The notes under the pieces were generated by a model. That model was not told where the DNA came from. It saw nothing but the letters and a program-made list of their open reading frames with translations, and searched no databases. Both the position numbers and the translations under genes were made by a program. From Octopus sinensis (Eukaryota): 26,387 nucleotides of DNA. The DNA is taken from the NCBI RefSeq assembly GCF_006345805.1, contig NW_021834754.1:1-26387 (forward strand). Reading direction: 5' to 3'. This document shows positions 10,666-20,650 of this stretch, in pieces; the stretch's first letter is position 1; the number at the start of each line of letters is the position of its first letter.

Positions 10666-11368
10666 ACCTAGCTATCATGTCTATGTACCCACGATGTATA
10701 GGTACTACTGATGGTCCTGTCACGTGGTTTGAACCTACGACACCTCGTCTCCATATTGGTTATGCTGACGATACGATTAAAATACGCGTTTACAACTGGA
10801 CCACGGTAGAGGTGATAAGACATGTGATGTTATCATAGTATCATCATTACGATATCACATTACACCTTTATCGTAATAAAGATATTTACTAGATAAACAT
10901 GTAATACTGTAACAACATAATACCTTTCTTTATCACAACATACACGGTCTTGATAAAAACATATCTAATGTTCCCATAATGTAAATTGTGTCATTACATA
11001 TGTTTGATTCTGTGTGTGCAAAAGTACATGTATTTGTGTGTGTGTCTGTGTGTGCATGAATATATATATATATATAAGAACATACTTACACATATGCGTA
11101 TATACGTACGTATGTACGTGCATAAATACGTACATACGCACTCACATGCAGACATACACGAACATGCTCGTCCACGCTCACACAACACACACACACTTAT
11201 GGTATAAAGGTTTTCTTAAAACTACGCTCGTATCACGATATATATACGAGTGTGCTTCTGTACATGGCTGTGTGTGTGTGTGCGTGTGTATACGTGTGTG
11301 TGTGTGTTTATAAAACTATAACTTCAACTAGTTTTAGCTCGAAAACTGCGGTCATGCTGGGACACTAC

Positions 11369-11533
11369 AGGAGTAGTGGTGGTGATGATGATGATGGTGG
11401 TGCTGGTTTTGGTGGGTGAATTGATGGCGGTAGATTTTGTTCACATTTGTTTTACTTTCGTTGCTTTATATATATATATGCGTTTGTGTGTGTGTGTGTG
11501 TGTGTATGAACGTATGCATGTATGGATGGATGG
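11369..11533 (+). repeat. Direct repeat copy 1 (GTG/GAT-rich with a unique core)
   Basis: Core GTGCTGGTTTTGGTGG...GTGAATTG(A/G)TGGCGGTAGATTTTGTT(C/G)ACATTTGTT recurs at 12522-12780. Confidence 0.8.
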
Positions 11534-11575
11534 TGTGCGTATGCGTGTGATTCACTGCAGACATTTCTGTTTTAC

Positions 11576-11763
11576 ATATACACGTCACTAAAGCGACTGA
11601 GGGCGCTATTCAGCACCAGTGTTGCTAGAAGTAAGAGTCAAAACAATTCATAGCCTGGATAAGCGCCATTTTATTGACTGACAAGGGAAGCCAGCTCCCT
11701 TAGCACCGGGCACAGCTTATAACATCACCGTAGAAATCATACTCTGATTTCATAAATGGTAAA
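11576..11763 (+). repeat. Extra partial copy of the MITE arm plus an inverted internal segment
   Basis: 11576-11708 repeats CGTCACTAAAGCGACTG...CAGCACCAGT...AGAGTCAAAA...ACTGACAAGGGA of 11825-11957. 11713-11763 is the reverse complement of 11958-12008. Confidence 0.8.
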
Positions 11764-11780
11764 AGTGTAAATTATAAACT

Positions 11781-12260
11781 ATAAAGGTGGCTTCTTAGCA
11801 ATTTTTCAACAGAAATGTAAAAATATATACGTCACTAAAGCGACTGGGGGCTCTATCCAGCACCAGTATGACTAGAAATAAGAGTCAAAAACAACTCATA
11901 TCCACAATAACACAACGTCTTATTAACTGACAAGGGAGGCAACCTTCCTTATTACCGTTCACTATTTATGAAATCAGTGTATGATTTCCACGGTAATCTT
12001 ATAAGCTGATAAAGCGAGTTGCGCTTAACCCAAGGCGCCGGTAAGAGCCATTGAAGAGCATTAATGTAAATGTGAAATCACTGGTGATCTGGCTCTGGTG
12101 CTAAGGAAGCTTGCTTCTCTTGTCAGTCAATAAAATGGTGCGTTATAGTGGCTATGAGCTGTTTTGACTCTTATTTCTAGCAACACTGGTGCTGAAAACG
12201 CTTTAATGACGGATATATTTTTGCATTTCGGTTGAAAAATTGCTAACAAGCCACCCTTAT
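11781..12260. mobile_element. MITE / fold-back element with ~170-bp TIRs (superfamily unresolved)
   Basis: 11781-11957 (ATAAAGGTGGCTTCTTAGCAATTTTTCAAC...) is the inverted complement of 12095-12260 (...GTTGAAAAATTGCTAACAAGCCACCCTTAT). No ORF. The ends fit either a TA or a TWA target site. Confidence 0.75.
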
Positions 12261-12521
12261 GTGTGTATGTGTGTGTAAACACGTTTGTATATAGTATAGG
12301 TTGAGGGTTTTCGTAAATGCCTTTCGTTCCATCTCCCTCTCTCTCTCTTTCTCTCTCCCCACCTCACCATGATCTAATAAAATGCTTGCACTGACACCCG
12401 CTGGGTAGATGGCAAATCATAAGCTGTGTCACCGAGACACTGACCAAACAGCGAACGACAGTTCAGATTCATGACAGAACAGTCATAACAACTCTGACAG
12501 ATTAATACTGTTATTGTTGTG

Positions 12522-12780
12522 AGGAGTAGTGGTAGTTGTGGTGGTAGTAGTGGTGATGATGATGATGTTGATGATGATGATGATGATGATGGTAGTGGTG
12601 GCGGTGGAGGTAGTGCTGGTTTTGGTGGTGGTGGTGGGTGAATTGGTGGCGGTAGATTTTGTTGACATTTGTTATACGTTTGTTGCTATATGTGTGTATT
12701 TGTGTGTGTGTGTGTGTGTATGAAAGTATGAACGTATGTATGTATGTATGTATGCATGGATGGATGGATGGATGGATGGA
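12522..12780 (+). repeat. Direct repeat copy 2 with expanded (GAT)n/(GTG)n/(GGAT)n
   Basis: Same unique core as 11369-11533, with longer trinucleotide and tetranucleotide tracts. Confidence 0.8.
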
Positions 12781-12986
12781 TAGATGTATACATATGTATA
12801 TCAATGTAAGTATCTACTCATATATATGCATATGTGTGTATATATATATATGTATATGTCTGTCTGTCTGTCTATCTATATAAATGCACACATATGTACA
12901 CACACACATATATAGTGCATGTGTATATGCTTAATTTCATTACACATACACACGTGTATAGCTATGTTATGTTTGCGTATGTATAT

Positions 12987-13021
<35 letters not shown>

Positions 13022-13064
13022 AGCATGTATATATTTATGTGCAATTATGTATACACATTCATAG

Positions 13065-13100
<36 letters not shown>

Positions 13101-13239
13101 GATAATATATGAATTACTGTATGTATGGGAAAATATACATTTGTATATCTGCATGTATACCTGCAGGTATGTGTATATATGTATAGGCGTGTGACCTACT
13201 TTCTCCGTTAAATTCACGACAATAACGGCCAGGGTTCCA

Positions 13240-13312
13240 GTCCTGGATCTCAAAGATCTGAATCTCAAATTCGTTGATCTCAAAGTCCTTAATCTCAAAG
13301 ACCTGGATCTCA
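13240..13312. repeat. 15-bp minisatellite, ~5 units, (G/A)ATCTCAAA + variable hexamer
   Basis: Units start at 13246, 13261, 13276, 13291 and 13306. Confidence 0.9.
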
Positions 13313-13483
13313 GTGTTTGTTATGTCCTTGCTCAAAGCACGTCATTTTCCGTTACTCCAGTCGATCCAGCAGAAAAAACTGCGAAGCGTATTGTGACCAG
13401 CGATGTATAGCAACATCTGATAGTCTGGTCGGTCACAGTGACGGTGATATATACACACATACATACGTGCATACATAAATAAG

Positions 13484-13514
<31 letters not shown>

Positions 13515-13745
13515 TGGTTTGACGTGTTTTCTGGCGGTGAGTCAAACGTTTTGTTGAACGTTGGATAATTTTTCTGTTGGAATTGTTGACTGTTTATTAT
13601 TGAATATTTTCGAACTGTTAAACATTGTTGAACTTTGAAACTTTGACAATTTTTGTTTTTTTTTTTCCCGGTGACGGAAGAAAGTAATTCTTTGTGTAAA
13701 GCCATTTTTGCAGTTGTGAATTGTTGAAATATTGAACTTATTAAA

Positions 13746-14183
13746 GCCGTTGTAGGCTTTATTGTCGCCCTCCACCCACCAGCGGGGGTGGGATTTGAAC
13801 TGTTATCCTCATTAAGAGGGAAAAAAACATATTATAGGTTTCCCGTTTTTTGGGATAATCAATTAATTATTGCGTGAAAAATTTAATTTTAGCCGTTGTA
13901 GGCCCTATTGTGGCACGCCGCCCCTAGCGGGGGTGAGATTTGAACTGTTGTCCTCGTTGTGAGGGAAAAAAAACATATTATAGGTTTCCCGTTTTTTGGG
14001 ATACCGTATTTTTGGTATTGTGTGAAAAATTTAATTTCGAATGTTGTAGGCTTTGTTGTTACGGCTCAACACCCAGCGGGGGTAGGATTTGAACTGTTGT
14101 CCTCGTTGAGAGGAAAAAAAAAGTAAAAAATTATAGGTTTCCTGTTTTCTGTAATTAAATTGTGTATAAATTTATTTCGAATG
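13746..14183 (+). repeat. Three tandem ~146-148 bp monomers
   Basis: Units start at 13746, 13892 and 14040; each has GTTGTAGGC...CAGCGGGGGT..GATTTGAACTGTT.TCCTC...ATTATAGGTTTCC. Confidence 0.92.
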
Positions 14184-14186
14184 AAT

Positions 14187-14526
14187 ATGTCGGACGAAAT
14201 AATTTCAGAGAAAAATTCACTGGAAGAGCCAGTTAAGAAATTTTCAGCAGTTTACCGCGGTGGCTACAAAAAACGTCGAATTACCAAAGGAAAAGCTCTC
14301 CGAGCTTTTTGAAAAATTGAAAGAGGGAGGTGATATAAAAATATTACCCTCCCCATGTGTTGAAAAATTGTAAAGAAGGACAGCCGTTTTCAAAACATAC
14401 TGTCCTTCAACAGAGAAATTTAAGCACTTTGAGCAGTGCAAAAGTGAAAAATGTCTGGCTCCCATATGGGAAGACATAAAGTATATAGCGAGGGGGCGTA
14501 TTTATGGCACAGTAGAGGCCAGATTT
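14187..14526 (+). pseudogene. Probable LINE ORF1 N-terminal remnant
   Basis: MSDEIISEKNSLEEPVKKFS...KALRAF / EKLKEGGDIKILPSPCVEKL* / RRTAVFKTYCPSTEKFKHFEQCKSEKCLAPIWEDIKYIARGRIYGTVEARF. Non-repetitive and protein-like, starting immediately after the monomers, with frameshifts and a stop. Confidence 0.55.
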
Positions 14527-14766
14527 GGGATCTTTTCGGTTTGAACGGCGGTTTTTAACATTATTTCTAGGTAACTAAAAAAATTTAAACTTTGTATACT
14601 GGTAGAATGTGTTTATAAAACATCTTTTTCTCTTGGCTTTATTGAGAAAATTCTATTGTTTGTAAGATATTTGGTTTTTAATTTCTTGCATTTCGGCAAT
14701 TTCAACCAATCAATGACCGTCTATTGAGATGAAAACATTCTGTGCCGTATGAATATGTCCCTCGTT
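14527..14766. repeat. Unclassified AT-rich segment interrupting ORF1 (probable inserted repeat fragment)
   Basis: Abrupt switch from codon-like sequence to AT-rich non-coding sequence and back; boundaries approximate; no clear TSD. Confidence 0.4.
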
Positions 14767-15150
14767 CCACATTCCCCACAAAAGAAAACAAAAACGGAAG
14801 CACCGCAATACAAAAAAGAAACGAACCCGTCCCATTGTCCCACAAGGAAAAAAAAGGGAAAAACGAAAGATAACGAACAGAAAACCCTGGTAAAATATGA
14901 CATCAGAGACAAATACATTGAGGACATTGTAAAAGATCACCACACCACTACGCTGTTTGAACAGCACAAGGACTTAAGAGAAAGATGTGCTTGGATAGGG
15001 GAAGGCTATTACAGGCAACTGAAGGACAGGCATCCAAAGACCATCAGGAGTATCCCGGACTTTCCAGGATATTTGAAGAAGGAGGAGGAGGAAAGGGCTG
15101 CCTCATGTGTTGTGAGATCATCCCCAACATCATCAGTGAAGGGTAAGTAG
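14767..15150 (+). pseudogene. Probable LINE ORF1 C-terminal remnant
   Basis: Open frame ...KKETNPSHCPTRKKKGK...KYDIRDKYIEDIVK...CAWIGEGYYRQLKDRHPKTIRSIPDFPGYLKK... ending 22 nt before the APE N-terminal motif. Confidence 0.55.
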
Positions 15151-15172
15151 AACCTTTGTATTTTTTTCCTTG

Positions 15173-16603
15173 TGTTTGAATGTGCGTGGTCTGAGCTCAA
15201 AGTGGAAGCAAGCTTGTTTCCTCGACGACTTCGGACCACACGATATGCATGTGATGGTTGCTACAGAGACTTGATCTATAGGAAAGTAAACTCACGTCTC
15301 GTAGATCTGCTTAAGCGTTTTCAGCTAGCGGATTGCTACAGACTTGACCATCCGAGCATCCCAGAGTGGACCTGGATAAGCGGCAACGAAAGGTTTAGGT
15401 CTTACTTAGATAGGATAGTGATAAGAACTAGCGATAAGCCTAGTTTTAGCTGTCCACAGCTTGTCCAAGTAGCATACACTGACCATAGAATAGTTAAGTG
15501 TAGACTGGACATAGATAGTACAGTTAAGAGAGAATCCAGCTACTGGAAGCTAAACAAGTCTATTTTGAATTGCGAGGCATACTGTAGCCGGATTAAGGAA
15601 TTAGTACAGAGGGTGTTAACCGGCGCGGTGGTTAACCGGCGATGGTGGTTCGTCCTCAAGGGAGCCATTCGTTTTGAGTCTGTGAGGTTTATCCATCAGC
15701 TATGACTAGATAAGGCCAGAATAGAAGAGCAGTTAGTTAAGGACCTAGAGGAGGCGTTGAGATTAGGTTCTGCATCTCACGCTTTGGCAGCGAGAACGGC
15801 CTTGGAACGTCACCTCAAAGCCAAACATGAGGGGATCAGAATTCGGGTTAAAGTTCGTGCCTTGGGCCGTGAGGGAATTCATGTTGTCAGATGGGCCCGT
15901 ACGGAAGAAACCCAGCGTGGCAATAATGCCACAATTAGGTCTCTCGTTGATGACAATGGGTATTCGGTCGACGGACAGGACGAGAGGTGTGAGGTGCTTC
16001 ATAAGCACTTTGCCGAGTTGTTCTGGAGGGGTGGAGCGCTGGATCCTGGTAAGGCCCTTAGGGACTTCCTGTCTAGTGGCCCGCGTCTCTCGGCACGAGA
16101 GGCGAACTGCTGTGAAGGGCGAATCACAGCCTAGGAAGTGATCGAGGTACTGGGCGAATGCCCCAGAGAGAAGTCGCCGGGTCTCGATGGTCTGCCTTAT
16201 GAATTTTACAAAAGTATGCCAGACTTATTCGGGCACCTGCTGGCCAGCGTCTACGCCAATTGGCAGCAGAATGGGAGAATTCTTAAGTCTGCGAGCCGTG
16301 GGGTGGTGACGTTGATCAGGAAGGACCTGTGCAAGTGGAATGAAATAGGGAATTTCAGGCCCATAACTCTTCTGAACACAGGGTTGAAGATTTTGGCGAA
16401 AGTGCTAGCGAAAAGGTTGGCGCGGGTCGTAGACAGACTTGTAGGGGAAGCGCAAACGTGCGCTATCCCTGGCAGGACGATCCACGACAATCTCCACCTT
16501 ATACGCTGCTCCTTAGAGAGGGTGGGGAAGCTTTCTGGTGCAGGGGGCGGCACTGGTACATTTAGACCAGTCAAAGGCATTTGATAGGGTCGACCACCGG
16601 TAC
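15173..16603 (+). pseudogene. LINE ORF2 remnant: apurinic endonuclease (internally deleted) plus N-terminal part of reverse transcriptase
   Basis: CLNVRGLSSKWKQACFLDD...ATET* jumps directly to DLIYRK...LADCYRLDHP..WTW (the central GDFN-type motif is missing). The RT ends at AFDRVDHRY. Several stops and frameshifts. Confidence 0.9.
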
Positions 16604-16760
16604 AGCATGTTTCTTACAGTGAATTGCGTCATGGTGCTGTTTTTCTCGCAGACGGTGCTCAACTGACCCTGCTATACTGTGTAATCTACAAAATCAAAAA
16701 CTGACAAAGCGAATGCGCGGAATTATTAAAAAATGGCGACAAATTACCCATCACACTCTG
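16604..16760 (-). mobile_element. Possible terminal fragment of a Tc1/mariner-type DNA element
   Basis: Reverse complement reads TA|CAGAGTGTGATGGGTAATTTGTCGCCATTT, a CAG-start TIR-like end with TA flank. No partner end found in the window. Confidence 0.35.
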
Positions 16761-16761
16761 T

Positions 16762-16790
16762 ATGTATATAGCATGCAAGTATGTAAATAC

Positions 16791-16829
<39 letters not shown>

Positions 16830-16921
16830 TATTTATGCATGTGACCTCGCAATTCAAATTTATATATATGTGTGTGTGTATACATATATATATAGAGAGA
16901 GAGAGATACATACATATATAT

Positions 16922-16953
<32 letters not shown>

Positions 16954-16963
16954 GCATACATAC

Positions 16964-17000
<37 letters not shown>

Positions 17001-17180
17001 CATACATATATGCATATACATACAAATATACACACACATACACACATACATACATATATACATACACAGATATACATACATACATACACAGATACATACA
17101 TACATACACACATACATACACACATACATACACACATACGTACACACATGTATACACACACACACACACACATACACACT
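16762..17180. repeat. Compound microsatellite (TA/CA/ATAC/GA)
   Basis: Directly visible simple repeats; the 107-180 aa ORFs here are artefacts. Confidence 0.95.
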
Positions 17181-17331
17181 CATAAATTCTTATTGTTATT
17201 ACTGCAGGTTTTGTTTTCGTATAAGTTTGACATGTCTTGATGTCATGAAGACATTAAAATTCGGTGTTTTTTATTGTTTTGTATTTGTTCTGGGAATCTG
17301 TTAACTTAGTTTTTAGTTTGATTTATAATGA

Positions 17332-17371
<40 letters not shown>

Positions 17372-17519
17372 TGCTGTATATGCGTGTGTACGTGAGTGTG
17401 CAGGAGAAAATATAACAGAGGACAAAATTTGGCGCATAATATACACAAATATATGCGTGTGCATGTATGTGTGTATATGTGTATGTATATGTGTAAGTAA
17501 GTACATATATATATTAATA

Positions 17520-17892
17520 AAAAAAATCGGCTCCGTCGGTCACGTATGACCGTGGGTACGCCTAAGAGGTTCCCTCTCCAGAGCTTCAGTCTGGGCGGAA
17601 AGTTGCCTCATCGACGAACACAGAACCTAGGGTTGTTTTCATGGAAGACCAGCAGTCACCCATGCATACCGGCCTCCCCTCTCCACGCCACTGATGTTAT
17701 CCAAAGGAAAGGCAAAGGCCGATACAGCTTGACACCAGTGACGTCACAACTCATTTCTTCAGCTGAGTGAAATGGAGCAACGCAAAATAAAGTGTCTTGC
17801 TTTAAGAATTCAACACGCAGCCCGGTCCGGGAAACGAACTCACAACCTCATGATCGTAAACTCGACGCTCTAACCACTGACCCATGCGCCTT
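17520..17892 (-). mobile_element. tRNA-derived SINE, family C
   Basis: Minus strand head GGCGCATGGGTCAGTGGTTAGAGCG (A box) ... GTGAGTTCGTTTCCC (B-box-like), then AGCAAGACACTTTATTT...CACTCAGCTG central domain and a unique 3' tail. Confidence 0.8.
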
Positions 17893-17934
17893 CACACACA
17901 TACATATGAATGTAGGTGTGTATATAGGTGTGTG

Positions 17935-17946
17935 TGTATATATATA

Positions 17947-18026
<80 letters not shown>
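17935..18026. repeat. (TA)n microsatellite
   Basis: About 90 nt of near-pure TA. Confidence 0.97.
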
Positions 18027-18030
<4 letters not shown>

Positions 18031-18076
18031 TGCGAGGTATTGGTGTCGAGAAGACCCAAACGTGCCAGGTAATGCT

Positions 18077-18145
18077 GAGTAAGTCCTGATGAAGGCTGAT
18101 ATAGAATATCCCGAAAACAGGTGTAATACCTCTTTATAACTGCTC
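18077..18145 (+). other. Degenerate type-I hammerhead-ribozyme-like motif in a probable Penelope-like relic
   Basis: CTGATGA at 18086-18092, hairpin GATAT-AGA-ATATC, GAAA at 18113-18116, then AGGT-GTAAT-ACCT hairpin. Stem I pairing is imperfect. Confidence 0.45.
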
Positions 18146-18340
18146 TGCAAACTATTCACAGGGCTGGATTTTTTAAATCTTATTCTGTTAATTTATATAT
18201 ATATATATATATATATAGATATTGTTATATTTCGGAATGGTCATATTGCCAGTTTAGTCAATAAAAACACACGCACTATATATTTGGTGTTATTTTGCTT
18301 CAGTGTTATTTATTTTTTACATTAATCTTAATCTTATTTC

Positions 18341-18385
18341 GGCCAGAGTTCTTTCGTCACACTCCTATGACCGCATCAGTGGTCC
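18341..18385 (-). other. Degenerate minimal hammerhead-like motif
   Basis: Minus strand: CCA-CTGATG(CG)-GTCAT-AGGAGT-GTGAC-GAAA-GAAC-TC-TGG. Stems I and II pair; core A9 is replaced by CG. Confidence 0.4.
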
Positions 18386-18668
18386 TTTGTTTTCTTCTTT
18401 CTTATTTGTGTCTCCCCTTACTAACCGTCAGCCATTTTGTATTTCTATTGTATGTTTTCATTTGCGCATGCTTATATCTCTATGTGCGTCTATGTTTATT
18501 TAGTGTGTGTATTTGGGGGGATGCCTGTAATATTTGTATCTTCTGTTTATATACGTTCATGTAATTTGTATTTTGTTTTTGTTGTTGTTGTTGTTGTTTT
18601 TGTTTATTCTTATTTTGTTCATGTGTTTACATCCACTTATTATTATCATTACATATAGATAGATAAGT

Positions 18669-18699
<31 letters not shown>

Positions 18700-19344
18700 T
18701 GTATGTACATACATATATATATATGCTCAAAAATGCATATGTGTGTATGCACATATGTGTACGAGTGTATATCTTTGTTTGAGTGTCTGCGGATCTTGTA
18801 GGTTTACGTATGCCATTAGACTCTTGTATAAGTTAGAATTGTTGATCTCAGATCCCTCCGATATCCCGAACGAAGAGACCATTTCAGCTAGAGACACAAT
18901 GCCATCGAATAACAACTTTTTTTAAAACCATTTATATTTGACACATTCTCTTTATGGCTACCTAATTAATTAACCACTGAATATAATTAAAAGGCAATCA
19001 GTTCTGTTTTTTCATCCTCAATAATTTAGCATAATTTTTAAAGGAATAATTTATGCCTAATTCATAATGGTATAATTTATTCAACTTCCAGTCAATACGA
19101 GGTTCGATATAACCAACCGTTTCTCTGCAAATTTTTTTTCCTCGATATCAAATTCCAGCCTAATGAATACTAGAACTCATGACAAACGTCGTAGTATTAT
19201 TTCTCTTTGCTACTCTCTGGTTTATTGTTTTTTCTTCTATTCTATTTTTTTTCAGTTTTTCTTTTCTTTTAAGTTACGTATCTAGATATTATAATTATCT
19301 AGATTAGAATTGAAGATATAGGAGCATATCCTTTCTTCCATAAG

Positions 19345-19498
19345 CAAAAGGACTGACCTTTTGTCGATTGCGTCGACTGCAATGGTCAAATGGTACTTAT
19401 TTTCATGGATCCCGAAAAGATGTAAGACAAAGTCGACCAGGACGGAATTTGAACTCAGAACGTAATGAGTTGCTATCGATTCTGCCAGCTCACCACCT
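19345..19498 (-). mobile_element. SINE family B, diverged and internally deleted
   Basis: Minus strand GGTGGTGAGCTGGCAGAATCG...GTTCTGAGTTCAAATTCC...GGTCGACTTTG; homologous to 24262-24500. Confidence 0.8.
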
Positions 19499-19520
19499 TA
19501 ATGATGAAGGAAAATATATA

Positions 19521-19704
19521 AGCGCAGGAGTGACTTTGTGGTAAGTAGCTTGCTTACTAACCACATGGTTCTGGGTTCAGTCCCACTGCTTGGCACCTTG
19601 TGCAAGTGTCCTCTACTATAGCTTCGGGCGGAAACTGAAAGAAGCCCATCGTATATATGTATATATATATATGTGTGTGTGTTTGTGTGTGTGTGTATGT
19701 GTGT

Positions 19705-19744
<40 letters not shown>

Positions 19745-19947
19745 TTGTCCCCCAGCATCGCTTGACAACCGATGCTAGTGTGTTTACCTCCCCGTAACTT
19801 AGCAGTCTGTCAAAAGAAACCGATAAGAGAAGTACTAGGCTTTATAAAGATTAAGTCTTGGGGTCGATTTCTTCGACTAAAAGCGGTGCTCCAGCACGGC
19901 CGCAGTCAAATGACTGAATCGAGTAAAAGAGAGTATAAAGAGTAAAA
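19521..19947 (+). mobile_element. SINE family A (~30-bp internal deletion)
   Basis: AGCGCAGGAGTGACTTTGTGGTAAGTAGC...GGTTCAGTCCC; the segment between CGGGC and GGAAACTG is missing; internal TG tract; AGAGTAAAA tail. Confidence 0.9.
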
Positions 19948-20298
19948 CTGGATTCTAGTTATGAATTGAAACACAGTCACAATTTTGACTTGCCAGAGCC
20001 AAGCATACTGCCTCTCACCCTCTCTCTATCTCTATCTATCTATCTAGCTATCTTTCCCTCTCTCTCTCTCTTTCTCCTTCTCTCTCTCTCTCACTCACTC
20101 TCTCCCTCTTCCTCACTCTCTCACACTCATATCCTTTGGTGCTAATTAATCCTAGATAAGGATGTACATAGACATCTCTTGCTCTAAAATAATATTGCTC
20201 GTTAAACCCTTGAGAGGAAACATTGGCTGTCTTTCGGCTTTGTATCTCTTTGAGCATCGATGCAACGAGAAACCCCTTTGCGCTCTATCTTTATATAC

Positions 20299-20338
<40 letters not shown>

Positions 20339-20650
20339 GCTTATCTGTTTATAGCTATCAATCTTACTTTCGCTTAAGCATAGCGGTAACTAATAACCAG
20401 TTCTTAGAACTGAATATGCTCATACTTTAGAATAGATAAAGAGTCAGAAGAGCACAGAAAATAATATTAATTAACGATTGACAAAAGAATAGTAGCTAAT
20501 CACATTCATTAGCTTACAGTTGTTTCTGCTAATAAATGCACACAGAGATAAGTGCTTGTGCAAAGACGGATTACGTAACTCCTGTTCATTTGTCACTCAT
20601 TCACACACACACACACACACACACATACACACACACAAACATTATATATA

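Larger units (their letters stand above)
13512..16603 (+). mobile_element. Rearranged L1/Tx1-like LINE (putative 5' UTR, ORF1 remnants, APE-RT ORF2 truncated inside RT)
   Basis: APE motifs CLNVRGL...ATET and WTW...RSYLDRIVI...TDHR...WKLNKSIL; RT motifs KSPGLDGLPYEFYK, FRPITLLNT..KILAKVLAKRL, QTCAIPGRTIHDNL, LDQSKAFDRVDHRY. The 5' boundary and ORF1 assignment are inferred from position. Confidence 0.8.

Noticed and set aside
12483-12804. Poly-His, poly-Thr/Ile and poly-Met/Val ORFs
   Set aside because: Products of (GAT)n/(GTG)n trinucleotide tracts.
13240-14183. Regularly spaced repeats as a possible CRISPR-like array
   Set aside because: Eukaryotic context, repeats too short (9 nt) or tandem without unique spacers, and no cas genes.
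15138-15150. GG|GTAAGT splice-donor-like site ending the 133-aa ORF
   Set aside because: It lies at the ORF1/ORF2 boundary of the LINE; the ORF is better explained as an ORF1 remnant whose ATG comes from the adjacent inserted segment.
18727-18925. Minus ORF FDGIVSLAEMVSSFGISEGSEINNSNLYKSLMAY
   Set aside because: Short, no recognisable domain or splice context, and it runs into microsatellite.
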